Assembly: GCA_963976765.1 (NCBI GenBank)
Contig: CAXBME010000002.1
Location: 434,001 to 498,000 of the forward strand
Origin: an uncultured Planctomycetaceae bacterium
Lineage (GTDB): Bacteria; Planctomycetota; Planctomycetia; Planctomycetales; Planctomycetaceae
Direction of reading: 5' to 3'
Length of the DNA stretch: 64,000 bases
Each line of letters begins with the position of its first letter. Within the stretch, counting starts at the first letter, position 1. Under the pieces are notes generated by a model. The model ran no database searches. It was not told the origin of the DNA and saw only the letters and a list, made by a program, of their open reading frames with translations. Both the position numbers and the translations under genes were made by a program. Below are positions 20,289 to 29,993 of this stretch, one piece after another.

Positions 20289-21797
20289 ATGCGAAGTGTT
20301 TTCTCAGCGGTTTTGATTGGTGCGACACTGCTGGACGCACTTCCGCAGGTTCACGGAGCAGACGCCGTTGACCCGAATCCACCGAAAGTCGCGAAACTTG
20401 CTCCGATGACTGCTGCAAAAGCACAGAAGTACGAACGGGTGACGTTCCACGGTTTCCCGAAACCGCTTCCGACCGGCGCTGTCACTCACGACTGGAAGAC
20501 ATTTCTGGGACCAGCTCATAACGGAGTTTCGACCGAAACGAAGCTGATCAAAACGTTACCCGAAGACGGCCCGAAGATTGTCTGGGAAATGGAAACCGGA
20601 AACGGCTACTCGTCGCCGTCGATCCAGGGCGAGCATCTCGTTTACGTTCACCGAATCCGGGACGAAGTCGTTGTCGAGTGTCTGCACCCTCAAACCGGCG
20701 ACAAGTACTGGGAGCACCGTTACGACACCACATACGCTGACCGGTATGGCTACAGCGACGGCCCTCGAGCCAGCCCAGTGATCGACGACGATCGTGTTTA
20801 CCTGCTCGGTGTTGAGGGAAGTCTCATCTGCTTCGAACTGGCGACCGGGCGAGTGATCTGGCAGCGGAACATCAACACGGATTTCGACGTCAAACAGGAC
20901 TTCTTCGGAACGGTCGGCACACCGCTGCTTCAAAACGACAACCTGATCATCAACGTCGGCGGTCAACGTGGCCCGTGCGTCGCCGCCTTCAATAAGATGA
21001 CCGGCAAGCTTGCCTGGACCGCCGGCAAAAACAACTGGGGGCCGAGCTACGCCTCACCGGTTCCAGCGACGTTTCACGGGAAGCGACGAGTGCTCGTCTT
21101 CGCAGGCGGCGACAGCGATCCGGCGACCGGTGGATTGATCTCGCTCGATCCAGCGAACGGAAACGTTGACTTCGAATTCCCATGGCGAAGCACCAAATAC
21201 GAATCTGTCAACGCTTCGTGCCCGGTCGCGATCGGGAATCAGGTTTTCATTTCCGCGACCTACCGCGCGGGCAGCGCGTTGCTGAATGTTAAGCCCGACT
21301 TCACGCCTTCGGTCGAATGGACGATGCGCGACCGGGAGCACAACACAGAAGGCGACCTGCTGGGCATTCACTGGAACACGCCGATTGTGAAAGACGGGCA
21401 CCTTTACGCCTTCGATGGTCGCAACGAGCCGGACGCTTCGCTCGCTTGCGTTAATGTAAAAACCGGTGCGGTCGTCTGGCGCGAGTCGGCTGAGTGGGAA
21501 GAGTCGATCACACTTAACGGTCAGACTCAGAAGGTAACGCTCAGCACGCTGCGAGGAAATCTACTGCACGTCGACGGACGGTTTCTTTGCCAGGGAGAAC
21601 TTGGCCATTTGCTCTGGCTGGATCTCAGCCCTGCCGGCTACAAGGAAGTTTCCCGCTGCCGACCATTCCTCGCGCGATACACCTGGGCCTTGCCAGTCAT
21701 CAGCCGAGGCCTCGTCTACATCAACCAGAACAGTGCCGATGTCACCACTCGAAAAGGCAGCCGCCTGATCTGCTACGATTTCCGCGCTGACGAGTAA
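20289..21797 (+). CDS. Exported PQQ-binding-like beta-propeller protein (BamB-like repeats)
   Basis: Signal peptide; DWKTFLGP.HNG, GYSSP, GPRASP; repeated TG...W blades. Confidence 0.85.
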   Translation: MRSVFSAVLIGATLLDALPQVHGADAVDPNPPKVAKLAPMTAAKAQKYERVTFHGFPKPLPTGAVTHDWKTFLGPAHNGVSTETKLIKTLPEDGPKIVWEMETGNGYSSPSIQGEHLVYVHRIRDEVVVECLHPQTGDKYWEHRYDTTYADRYGYSDGPRASPVIDDDRVYLLGVEGSLICFELATGRVIWQRNINTDFDVKQDFFGTVGTPLLQNDNLIINVGGQRGPCVAAFNKMTGKLAWTAGKNNWGPSYASPVPATFHGKRRVLVFAGGDSDPATGGLISLDPANGNVDFEFPWRSTKYESVNASCPVAIGNQVFISATYRAGSALLNVKPDFTPSVEWTMRDREHNTEGDLLGIHWNTPIVKDGHLYAFDGRNEPDASLACVNVKTGAVVWRESAEWEESITLNGQTQKVTLSTLRGNLLHVDGRFLCQGELGHLLWLDLSPAGYKEVSRCRPFLARYTWALPVISRGLVYINQNSADVTTRKGSRLICYDFRADE

Positions 21798-21912
21798 CAA
21801 ATTGCTCGGCGACAGATGACAGGGCAGGACAGGCTTAACACCGACCTGCCCGGCAAGCACCAATCAGTTCTAACGGTATGGACCATTGAATTTGAAGGAG
21901 CGGAGTTCACGG

Positions 21913-23409
21913 ATGGATATTTCAACGAGTAACGGATCGTGGAACGAAGTTGAGTGCAACTGGCTGGTTGTCGGGCTGACTGAGTCGCCTGATCTTTCGG
22001 GACCGTTGTCAGGACTCGACACCGCGCTGGAAGGCACAATTTCTCGACTGATCGAGGCCGGAGACCTGAAAGGCAAGCTCGCCGAACTATTGCCGTTGCA
22101 TGATGCTCGCGGAGTCGCTGCCGATCGGGTTCTCTTCGTCGGACTGGGCAAGCAGGCCGAGTTGACTCGTGCCCGGTTTGAAAAAGCAATGATGTCCGCT
22201 GTTCGCAAGGTGTCATCAACGGCGGACGTCTCGATTGCGGTCTGTCTGGCGGGTTCGACCGTTAGTCAGATCGGACTTGCAGAAGCGGTCGAAACGGCGG
22301 CGACGGCAATTGTTGTCGGTACGCAGGGGCAGGACTCGTTGAAAGCGGAGCCTGGACACTTCACTCTGTCAGCTGCTTCTATCGTCGTATCGGACGGCGA
22401 GGGCTCAGAAGTCGCAGCCGCCGCCGAACGAGGGACGATTGTTGGAGAATCCATCAACCTGACGCGTGAACTCGTCAACCTTCCACCGCAGATCATCTAT
22501 CCGGAATCGTTTGCGAAGCGGGCTCAAACTGTGGCGACTGAGCTCGAACTCGACGTCAAAGTTCTTGTTCAGTCCGACATCGAATCGGAAAAGATGGGAG
22601 CACTGCTCGCCGTTTCTCAAGGCAGCGCCGAGAACCGCGGGCCAAGAGTCGTCGCGATCACTTACGAAGGTGCGGGCAAGGACGCTCCGACGCTGGCCAT
22701 CGTCGGCAAGGGCGTCACTTTTGACAGCGGCGGGCTGTCGATCAAACCGTCGGAAAGCATGATCACGATGAAGTGTGACATGGCCGGCGCGGCGACCGCA
22801 CTGGGAGCCGTTGCCGCAATCGCCCGTCTGAAGCTGCCGGTCAACGTCGTTGCGTACATGGGCCTCGTTGAGAATATGATCAGCGGCTCGTCATACAAAC
22901 TCGGCGACATCCTGACCGCTCGCAATGGAGTGACTATCGAAGTCCAGAACACCGACGCCGAAGGAAGACTCGTCCTCGCCGACGTCCTGAATTACGCCGT
23001 CGACCAAGGTGCTGACCGAATCGTTGACCTCGCCACCTTAACGGGAGCCTGCGTGGTCGCTCTGGGCGAAGAAGTAACCGGAGCATTCACTAACAATCAG
23101 GACTGGTGTGACACCATCACCGAAGCAGCAGCAACAGCCGGAGAAAGCATCTGGCAGATGCCCATGTTTGACCACTTTGGAGACCTGCTGAAAAGCGATG
23201 TCGCCGACTGTCGCAACATTGGCGGTCGTTGGGGAGGTGCCATTTCCGCCGCGAAGTTCCTGGAAAAGTTTGTCGACGGAACTCCGTGGGTGCATCTCGA
23301 CATTGCCGGACCGTCGTTCGCGTCGAGCAACGCTTCTCACCGCGAAGGCGGCGCAACCGGCTGCATGGTCAGAACTCTGGTCGAAGCCGCCGCATCGATT
23401 GCTGAATAG
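21913..23409 (+). CDS. pepA: Leucyl aminopeptidase (M17)
   Basis: GKGVTFDSGG, MKCDMAG, NTDAEGRL, DLATLTGA, HLDIAG. Confidence 0.95.
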   Translation: MDISTSNGSWNEVECNWLVVGLTESPDLSGPLSGLDTALEGTISRLIEAGDLKGKLAELLPLHDARGVAADRVLFVGLGKQAELTRARFEKAMMSAVRKVSSTADVSIAVCLAGSTVSQIGLAEAVETAATAIVVGTQGQDSLKAEPGHFTLSAASIVVSDGEGSEVAAAAERGTIVGESINLTRELVNLPPQIIYPESFAKRAQTVATELELDVKVLVQSDIESEKMGALLAVSQGSAENRGPRVVAITYEGAGKDAPTLAIVGKGVTFDSGGLSIKPSESMITMKCDMAGAATALGAVAAIARLKLPVNVVAYMGLVENMISGSSYKLGDILTARNGVTIEVQNTDAEGRLVLADVLNYAVDQGADRIVDLATLTGACVVALGEEVTGAFTNNQDWCDTITEAAATAGESIWQMPMFDHFGDLLKSDVADCRNIGGRWGGAISAAKFLEKFVDGTPWVHLDIAGPSFASSNASHREGGATGCMVRTLVEAAASIAE

Positions 23410-23430
23410 TCTTGAGAGTTGAGTTCAAAC

Positions 23431-23477
23431 GAAAACCGGCCATCGGAGGATCAAGTCCCTCGACGGCCGGTTTCTCT
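23431..23477. terminator. Hairpin, probable terminator between convergent genes
   Basis: aaaccggcc...ggccggttt outer stem with an imperfect inner stem. Confidence 0.6.
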
Positions 23478-23548
23478 GATCCTGATAGAGCATCCAGGCA
23501 GCATCGTCTGGCGGCCCAGGCTTACTGCTTGCTTTACTTTACGAAGAT

Positions 23549-23977
23549 TTACTTCATGAAGAAGTCGCTCGGGCCTTTGATCGTGTAGTAAGGATACTGC
23601 ACGGTTGCCGGTGGCTGGTTCTGGTCCGGGTAAGTTAAACCTTTGGGAGCGTTGTATTCCCAGGTATGATGATGCGTCGGTCGCCAGGCATCGAAGCCGC
23701 GAGTCTGCGGGCAGACCGGGCAGCCATTGCCCTGTGGACACGTCGGGCAATCCGCTGAGCTGAACTGATTCGGATCATAAGCCGGGCCATCGTAGTACTG
23801 AACTCCTGGCTGTGGCCCGGCGATTCTCATATCGCCACCGCCGTTCGCCGCCATCTGGTACGGATTCGGCTGGTACTGCCCAGGAGCCTGGCCTCGGACT
23901 GTCCCCATGTTCTGACTGCAACCAATTGACGCCATGATCAGGCTGCAACAGGCAAATAAGATGACAGACTGTTTCAT
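23549..23977 (-). CDS. Small Pro/Gln/Tyr-rich putative lipoprotein with two CPxCP motifs
   Basis: MKQSVILFACCSLIMASIGC lipobox-like leader; CPTCP, CPVCP, HHH; ends YPYYTIKGPSDFFMK. Alternative start at 23995. Confidence 0.7.
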   Translation of the reverse strand: MKQSVILFACCSLIMASIGCSQNMGTVRGQAPGQYQPNPYQMAANGGGDMRIAGPQPGVQYYDGPAYDPNQFSSADCPTCPQGNGCPVCPQTRGFDAWRPTHHHTWEYNAPKGLTYPDQNQPPATVQYPYYTIKGPSDFFMK

Positions 23978-24228
23978 TGGAATTCCCTTTTCCATGTCTC
24001 TGGAAACCTGCCTGCCGAAGCTGTTGTCGTGCGGCGAGACAAAGTTGAATTGCGATCCCGTTCGCGGCGAGAAAAGCTGTCGAACGACGTTGCCCGTCTG
24101 GATGCTGCGTGACTGGCTGGCCGATCGACATTTCGCTGCTCAAAGGGACTTATCGACCATGCGGGCGTTGAAATTCGGAGAATCGATGCAGGACGGACAA
24201 CCGGAATAACCGCGAAACTCCACCGATA

Positions 24229-24257
24229 TTGCAGCTCCATCCCATTCTCGGTAGATT
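24229..24257 (+). promoter_or_regulatory. Possible sigma70-type promoter
   Basis: TTGCAG-17nt-TAGATT, about 190 nt upstream of the GTG start at 24447. Confidence 0.45.
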
Positions 24258-24446
24258 ACCACCCGCTTTTCAGCCATGCGGCGGACGGATCTGCTGCACG
24301 CGTCGTAACTGCTGTCTACATAGCGAGATAGCGTTTTCGGAGTGCGCTCGCTGAATGACTGAAAGTATGGTCTGTGGCTCTGTCACGGAGTCTTCGTTGC
24401 GGCACGATCTGTTGCCGGGCGAGCACGAAATCAAGGGAGTGGCGCC

Positions 24447-25190
24447 GTGTTTATTGCTGCATCTTCTCGATGCTTCTCTGATCTCAAGTTCGAAGAAGCC
24501 TGTCAGAACATCGTTCATCTGGAATACGACCGGATCGACATCTGGCTCGACGAATCCTCGAACCACCTGAAACCTTCCGAAGTCGCCAGTGACCCTGAGG
24601 GGTTTATCGTGCGATATCGGGATCTCAGCCGCCTGACACCGGTTGCTTTCACGGTCGCTCACGATATCGACACGGCCACAATGAAAGGCCTGTGCACAAC
24701 GGCCAAGCTGCTTCGAGTGACTCAGATTACCGTTCCGTCATCACCGATCGGCACGCCATTCAACTCAGAAATCGATCGGCTCAAGCAGTTCGTCGCAATC
24801 GGCAACGAAGACGGGATTCGAATCTCGATTCACACCAAAGGCGGGCAGCTGACTGAAGACCCGCACACGGCGGTCGAACTTTGTCAGTCGGTACGTGGGT
24901 TGGGACTTTCGCTCGACCCGAGCTACTACATTTGCGGAGTTCACAGCAACCAGTCGTGGGACCAGGTTTTCCCCTACGTCTACCACACGCTGCTGCGGGA
25001 CAGTACCGAAAAGCAGGTGCAGGTGCAGGTTGGCCTGGGCGACGTTGACTACGCTCGAATCATCCAGCTGCTTGAACGGGAAAACTACAACCGAGCGCTG
25101 TCCGTTGATTTTGACCGAGGCCAGATGGACCACGACACTCTGTCACTGGAAATGCGCAAGCTTCGACTGCTGCTCGAAACGCTGCTGTAA
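24447..25190 (+). CDS. Sugar phosphate isomerase/epimerase-like TIM-barrel protein
   Basis: GTG start after GGGAG; LSLDPSY, HTLLRDS, GLGDVDY, YNRALSVD. Confidence 0.75.
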   Translation: MFIAASSRCFSDLKFEEACQNIVHLEYDRIDIWLDESSNHLKPSEVASDPEGFIVRYRDLSRLTPVAFTVAHDIDTATMKGLCTTAKLLRVTQITVPSSPIGTPFNSEIDRLKQFVAIGNEDGIRISIHTKGGQLTEDPHTAVELCQSVRGLGLSLDPSYYICGVHSNQSWDQVFPYVYHTLLRDSTEKQVQVQVGLGDVDYARIIQLLERENYNRALSVDFDRGQMDHDTLSLEMRKLRLLLETLL

Positions 25191-25245
25191 AGCGTTTTCG
25201 GATGTTGCTTTCAGCAGAGCCTGATACCGGCACGAAGGTCGAATC

Positions 25246-25611
25246 ATGCCGCAGTTCGTGCTGCTCGAACATGACCACCCGGAACTTCACTGGGACCTGA
25301 TGCTCGAACGCGGTGACGCTCTATTGACCTGGCGGCTTGATCGAATTCCTGCCGCAGCCGGTGCGTTCGCCGCGACGTCGTTACCTGATCACCGGGTTGC
25401 GTATCTTGACTACGAAGGCCCGGTCAGCGGTAACCGAGGTTCGGTGCTCCGAATCGATCGCGGCGACTTCGAACTGCTGGCGGCAGCGGACGAAAATATT
25501 TTCGTCCGCTTAAAGGGAGCCCGGCTTCAAGGCACCGCGGAAATGCAGAGAGTTTCCTCCGGCGATGCACCAGACCAGCCGGTCTGGCAATTGATCTGGC
25601 TGCCTGATTAA
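25246..25611 (+). CDS. Stand-alone LigD N-terminal 3'-phosphoesterase-like domain
   Basis: FVLLEH...HWDLMLE...LLTW and DHRVAYLDYEG...G.V.RIDRG resemble the LigD PE domain. Confidence 0.8.
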   Translation: MPQFVLLEHDHPELHWDLMLERGDALLTWRLDRIPAAAGAFAATSLPDHRVAYLDYEGPVSGNRGSVLRIDRGDFELLAAADENIFVRLKGARLQGTAEMQRVSSGDAPDQPVWQLIWLPD

Positions 25612-25837
25612 TCTCAGCCGCCGAAGCGATTTCAGAGTGAGCATCCTGAATCGATCTGGCCGAACTGAAGCAGGCAAGCTGCGTCAACAATCCGGCCACC
25701 TGCTGCGTCAGCAATCCGACCATCTGACTGAGCGGCGATGATTGCGACTCTGCAAAGCGGTTGTGAATGGTTAATCTCAGGATTCGTTCGGCACCGTAAT
25801 ATTGCCGACAACCAGAACTGTGTGGCGGAGACGGTTG

Positions 25838-28216
25838 ATGTTCGATCAATCTTCCAACTCGGCAACTCCTCAGCAGACACCAGACGAAACGAAGTTTCGC
25901 TCACTCGTCGAAGGTGCAATCGAAGGGATCCTCATCCACCGCGATCAGAAGCCGCTGTATGTCAATCCGGCCTGGGCAAGACTGCATGGGCTCACCGTTG
26001 ACGACGTGCTGAGGATGCCCGACGTCCTGCCGCTGATTCACGAGTCGGAGCGACCGCGACTTTTGAACTATATGCAGCTTCGAATGCAGGGCGAGTCTGC
26101 CCCGACTCAATATGAATACCGAGGTATCCGAGCTGACGGGACGGTGTTCTGGCTGGAGAACCTTGTTCAACAGATCTTCTGGTGCGGTCAGTCAGCCATT
26201 CAGGCAACAGTGATCGACATCACTCGCCGTAAGAAAGCTGAGCAGGCGCTGCTTCTGAGCGAAGCTCACTTCCGCAGCGGCTTCGAAGACGGTCCGATCG
26301 GAGTGACCTTCGTCGATCGTGATCTGCACTTTATCCGTGTCAACCACGCTTTCTGCGACATGACCGGTTACGAGGAAGCCGAACTGCTTCAGATGACCAC
26401 AACTCAGTTGACGCTTGCTGAAGACCTCCACTCAGACACGTCTCAGCCTGACACAACTTCTGGCGAGTTTGCCAACTTCAGTGTTCGAAAGAAGTACGTT
26501 CGCAAAGACGGCGGGATCGTCTGGGTACGACTGTCGGCTCACTGGATTTTTGATGGCGATGGCGAAACAGCGTACCGCATGACGCTGGTCGAAAATGTCA
26601 CTGATCGAGTTCAGGCACGGCTCGCCGTCGAATCCAGCGAAAGGCGATTCCGGAATATGGTGGAGGGGTCCATTCAGGGAATCCTCATCCACCGAAACGA
26701 CCGACCGCTGTTCGTCAACGATGCCTGGGCGCAAATCTTCGGTTATTCCGTAGCCGAGGTCCGCGACGCCTCGACGACTCTTCAATTTGCAGCCCCTGAA
26801 GAACACGAACGATTGCAGGGTTATCGCGAAGCTCGAATGGCGGGCGGATCGGCTCCAAATCGATACGAGTATAAAGGTCTTCGAAAAAACGGCACGACCG
26901 TCTGGCTTGAGAATAGCGTCCGAGTTGTCGACTGGGACGGTGGGCCGGCGATTCAGTCCACCATTATCGACTGCACGGAGCGCAAGCTTCGCGAGAAAGA
27001 ACTTGAGACGTTCAACGAAGAACTGGAACGCCGGGTTGCGGAACGCACGACTGAACTCGAAGCCGCTAACGAGAAACTGCAGGGAGAAGTCACCGAGCGG
27101 CTTCGTGCGGAATCAAAGTTGAAGGAGTCAACGGCGCTCTACGAGTCGCTCGTCGAAACTATCCCGCTTTGCGTTGCGAGGAAGAATCCTGATGGCGATT
27201 TTGTCTTCGCGAACAAGGCGCTCCGCGACACCTTCAACAAGCGACTCGATGAAATTGTCGGTCGGAACGACTACGACTTTTCGCCCAGGCAACTCGCTGA
27301 CCAGTACCGCGAAGATGATCAACGAGTCATCGATACCGGCGAGCAGCTCGACTTTGTTGAGACGTCCCAGTTTCAGGGAGAGAAGCGGCATATTCATACG
27401 ATGAAGACGCCGATTCGAAACATGGACGGAAAGGTCACCGGCACACAGCTCGTCTTCTGGGATATCACGCCGCAGGTCGAGGCCGCAGAGATCCGCAAAG
27501 CGGCACAGGAAGAGCTGGAATTACGAAACCGGGATCTGACGTCGTTGCTCTACGTGATTTCTCACGACCTCAAAGAACCCGTGCGTGCCATTCAGAGTTT
27601 CTCGATGCTGATTGAGCAGCAGTGCGAGTTACAACTCGACGAACGGAATCGCGGATTTCTGAAACGCGTGATCGACGCTTCAAACCGCATGCAGGTTCTG
27701 CTGGATGATGTCCTGCTGCTGTCACGTGCGCAGAGAACGGTTGACGCATCCGAATCAGTCAACCTTAGCAGGACAGTCAAAAATGTCCTCCAGATCCTTG
27801 CTGCGAGAATCGAAGAAACCGGTGCCACAATCACCGTCGAGGAACCACTGCCAACCGTTCTGGGTGACCGCCGCTGGCTGATTCAGGCTTTACAGAATCT
27901 CGTCGCCAATGCGTTGAAGTTCACCCTGCCGGGCGAACATCCCAACGTCGAAATCGCTACAGCCAGTGAGTCAGAACTCGATGGCGACCAGGCTGGTCTG
28001 GTCGTACGTGATCGAGGCCCCGGCGTTCCTGAGGAACACGCCGAACGCATTTTCGATCTCTTTCAGCGAGCTGTCGGGCGAAGCGTGGAGGGCACCGGAG
28101 CCGGACTGGCCATTGTTCGCGGGGTCGCCGAACGCCATGGTGGAAGCTGTCGGGTCGTTAGCCGAGAAGGTGGAGGCTCGGTCTTTATCCTGACCTTCGG
28201 TTCGAGCGTAGATTGA
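25838..28216 (+). CDS. Cytoplasmic sensor histidine kinase with four PAS domains
   Basis: PAS/PAC units ending DIT, NVT, DCT and DIT; H-box SHDLKEP; NLVANALKF, DRGPG, GTGAGL. No TM segment. Confidence 0.9.
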   Translation: MFDQSSNSATPQQTPDETKFRSLVEGAIEGILIHRDQKPLYVNPAWARLHGLTVDDVLRMPDVLPLIHESERPRLLNYMQLRMQGESAPTQYEYRGIRADGTVFWLENLVQQIFWCGQSAIQATVIDITRRKKAEQALLLSEAHFRSGFEDGPIGVTFVDRDLHFIRVNHAFCDMTGYEEAELLQMTTTQLTLAEDLHSDTSQPDTTSGEFANFSVRKKYVRKDGGIVWVRLSAHWIFDGDGETAYRMTLVENVTDRVQARLAVESSERRFRNMVEGSIQGILIHRNDRPLFVNDAWAQIFGYSVAEVRDASTTLQFAAPEEHERLQGYREARMAGGSAPNRYEYKGLRKNGTTVWLENSVRVVDWDGGPAIQSTIIDCTERKLREKELETFNEELERRVAERTTELEAANEKLQGEVTERLRAESKLKESTALYESLVETIPLCVARKNPDGDFVFANKALRDTFNKRLDEIVGRNDYDFSPRQLADQYREDDQRVIDTGEQLDFVETSQFQGEKRHIHTMKTPIRNMDGKVTGTQLVFWDITPQVEAAEIRKAAQEELELRNRDLTSLLYVISHDLKEPVRAIQSFSMLIEQQCELQLDERNRGFLKRVIDASNRMQVLLDDVLLLSRAQRTVDASESVNLSRTVKNVLQILAARIEETGATITVEEPLPTVLGDRRWLIQALQNLVANALKFTLPGEHPNVEIATASESELDGDQAGLVVRDRGPGVPEEHAERIFDLFQRAVGRSVEGTGAGLAIVRGVAERHGGSCRVVSREGGGSVFILTFGSSVD

Positions 28217-28484
28217 CTCAGATACACATAAGATTTCGCATCCCAACTCATGCAGACATTTTCACCGACCGAGGCGCCGATCGACTTCTGTGAGACTTTC
28301 CGAATACTCGTGGTCGACATTCTGAAGTCGAGAAAACTCGTTCTAACTCCTGAAGCAGTCTGGACCTGCATCCATCGGCTCCGATCGGTTTTGCGGACAA
28401 ACGATTCACCATAACCTGTTTGAAATAATACATTTACCGCATTCACCTCAACAGATTGATGCCGCAGCTCGTACGATGCTCTGC

Positions 28485-28513
28485 TTGAAGAAGTGAGAAA
28501 CTCGGGCAATACT
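28485..28513 (+). promoter_or_regulatory. Possible sigma70-type promoter for dksA-lspA
   Basis: TTGAAG-17nt-AATACT followed by gccgccc. Confidence 0.5.
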
Positions 28514-28617
28514 GCCGCCCTTCAAATTTCCGGTGGCCAGGATGGCAACCCGCTCGGACTGATATTCGTGGAGGTTGAGACCTCCCGAATGTTCACAGCA
28601 GAGAATGAGCTCCTCCG

Positions 28618-29007
28618 ATGTCCCTGTCCAAGACCGAACTCGCGCAGTTCCGTAAGCAATTGTTGTCAATTTCTGCTCGATTACGCGGCGATGTCGACAA
28701 TATCGCCGATGGTGCCTTTGGTCGTGAAGAAGAGTCGCGAACTCCCACTCACCCGGCAGAACTCGGCTCGGATAACTATGAGCAGGATTTTGCTCTCGAC
28801 CTGATTCACAACGAACAGGAAACTCTGAAGGAAATCTCTTCCGCTCTGAAGCGAATCGAAGACGAATCTTTCGGCCTGTGCGAAGTGTGCACCAAAGAGG
28901 GTAAAACGGGGCGCAAGGCTCTGATTCCCAAAACCCGCCTGAAGGCTATTCCGTGGGCTCGAAATTGCGTCGGGTGTGAACGGAAACGCGAAGCTCAATA
29001 CACATGA
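28618..29007 (+). CDS. dksA: TraR/DksA-family C4 zinc-finger protein
   Basis: Coiled coil; ALKRIEDESFGLCEVC...IPKTRLKAIPWARNCVGC. Confidence 0.88.
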   Translation: MSLSKTELAQFRKQLLSISARLRGDVDNIADGAFGREEESRTPTHPAELGSDNYEQDFALDLIHNEQETLKEISSALKRIEDESFGLCEVCTKEGKTGRKALIPKTRLKAIPWARNCVGCERKREAQYT

Positions 29008-29615
29008 CATCAGTTCCCCGAAACCGCTACGTCTGGTTTTTCCTGCTCGCCATTATCGGTCTGGCGATTGACCTTGGCACCAAGTCGGCAGTATTCGGGC
29101 AGCTCGGATACCCCGGAGGTCGGAGTATCTGGAACGCAGACTTCTTTGGCGACTGGGGTAACGTCCAGCTTCTGACGAGCATTAACGAAGGTGCTTTGTG
29201 GGGGATGGGGCAGGGATACACCTGGCTGTTCGCTTTACTGAGTATTTTTGCCGTCGCTGGCGTGTCTGTGTGGCTGTTCGTTTTCGGAGCCGCAAGAAGC
29301 CTGTGGTTGACGATCGCCCTTGGGCTGATCATGGCCGGAACGCTGGGAAATCTGTACGACCGGCTTGGCCTGCACGAATGCGTCAGGCCTGATGGATCAG
29401 CCATTTACGGAGTCCGCGATTTTCTGGCGTTCACGTTTGGGACTTACCACTACCCAATTTTTAATATAGCGGACTGTTTCCTCGTAACCGGCGCAATCAT
29501 GCTCGCGATTCAGTCCTTCAGGGCCGAACACACCGGCGAGCCAGTTGGCGAGTCTCCGGCCAGTGCCGGACCAACTGTCTCACCCGGTAAATCTTCGCTT
29601 CAGAGCAACCGTTAA
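29004..29615 (+). CDS. lspA: Lipoprotein signal peptidase II
   Basis: DLGTK, NEGALWG, GNLYDRL, VRDFL, FNIADC. ATGA overlap with dksA. Confidence 0.95.
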   Translation: MTSVPRNRYVWFFLLAIIGLAIDLGTKSAVFGQLGYPGGRSIWNADFFGDWGNVQLLTSINEGALWGMGQGYTWLFALLSIFAVAGVSVWLFVFGAARSLWLTIALGLIMAGTLGNLYDRLGLHECVRPDGSAIYGVRDFLAFTFGTYHYPIFNIADCFLVTGAIMLAIQSFRAEHTGEPVGESPASAGPTVSPGKSSLQSNR

Positions 29616-29637
29616 GCAGTCGATACTGACGACGCGC

Positions 29638-29666
29638 TTGCTGTTTCAGGCAGTCGTTCATAGACT
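29638..29666 (+). promoter_or_regulatory. Sigma70-type promoter for rpmE
   Basis: TTGCTG-17nt-TAGACT followed by gccccgc. Confidence 0.55.
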
Positions 29667-29777
29667 GCCCCGCTTGCTCCCAAGCCAGTCCGCACTCGCG
29701 GATTTTCGGTGATTCTCAAGTTGACCCCAGAGCGTGGTCAACAAGCCTCATAGTCGGTCTTGCACTCAGGTAGCGTC

Positions 29778-29993
29778 ATGAAGAAAGATATCCATCCGGA
29801 ATACTTCGTCGCCGAAGTTAAATGCAGCTGTGGTAACAGCTTTCAGACCCGGGCAACTGTCGAGAAACTGCAGATTGATATCTGCTCGGCCTGCCACCCG
29901 TTTTACACGGGGACAATGAAATACATTGACAGTGCAGGCCGTGTTGAGAAGTTCCAGAAGAAATACGACTGGGCCAACCGTAAGAAGAGCTAG
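29778..29993 (+). CDS. rpmE: 50S ribosomal protein L31 (zinc-binding type)
   Basis: [29 protein letters not shown]. Confidence 0.97.
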   Translation: MKKDIHPEYFVAEVKCSCGNSFQTRATVEKLQIDICSACHPFYTGTMKYIDSAGRVEKFQKKYDWANRKKS

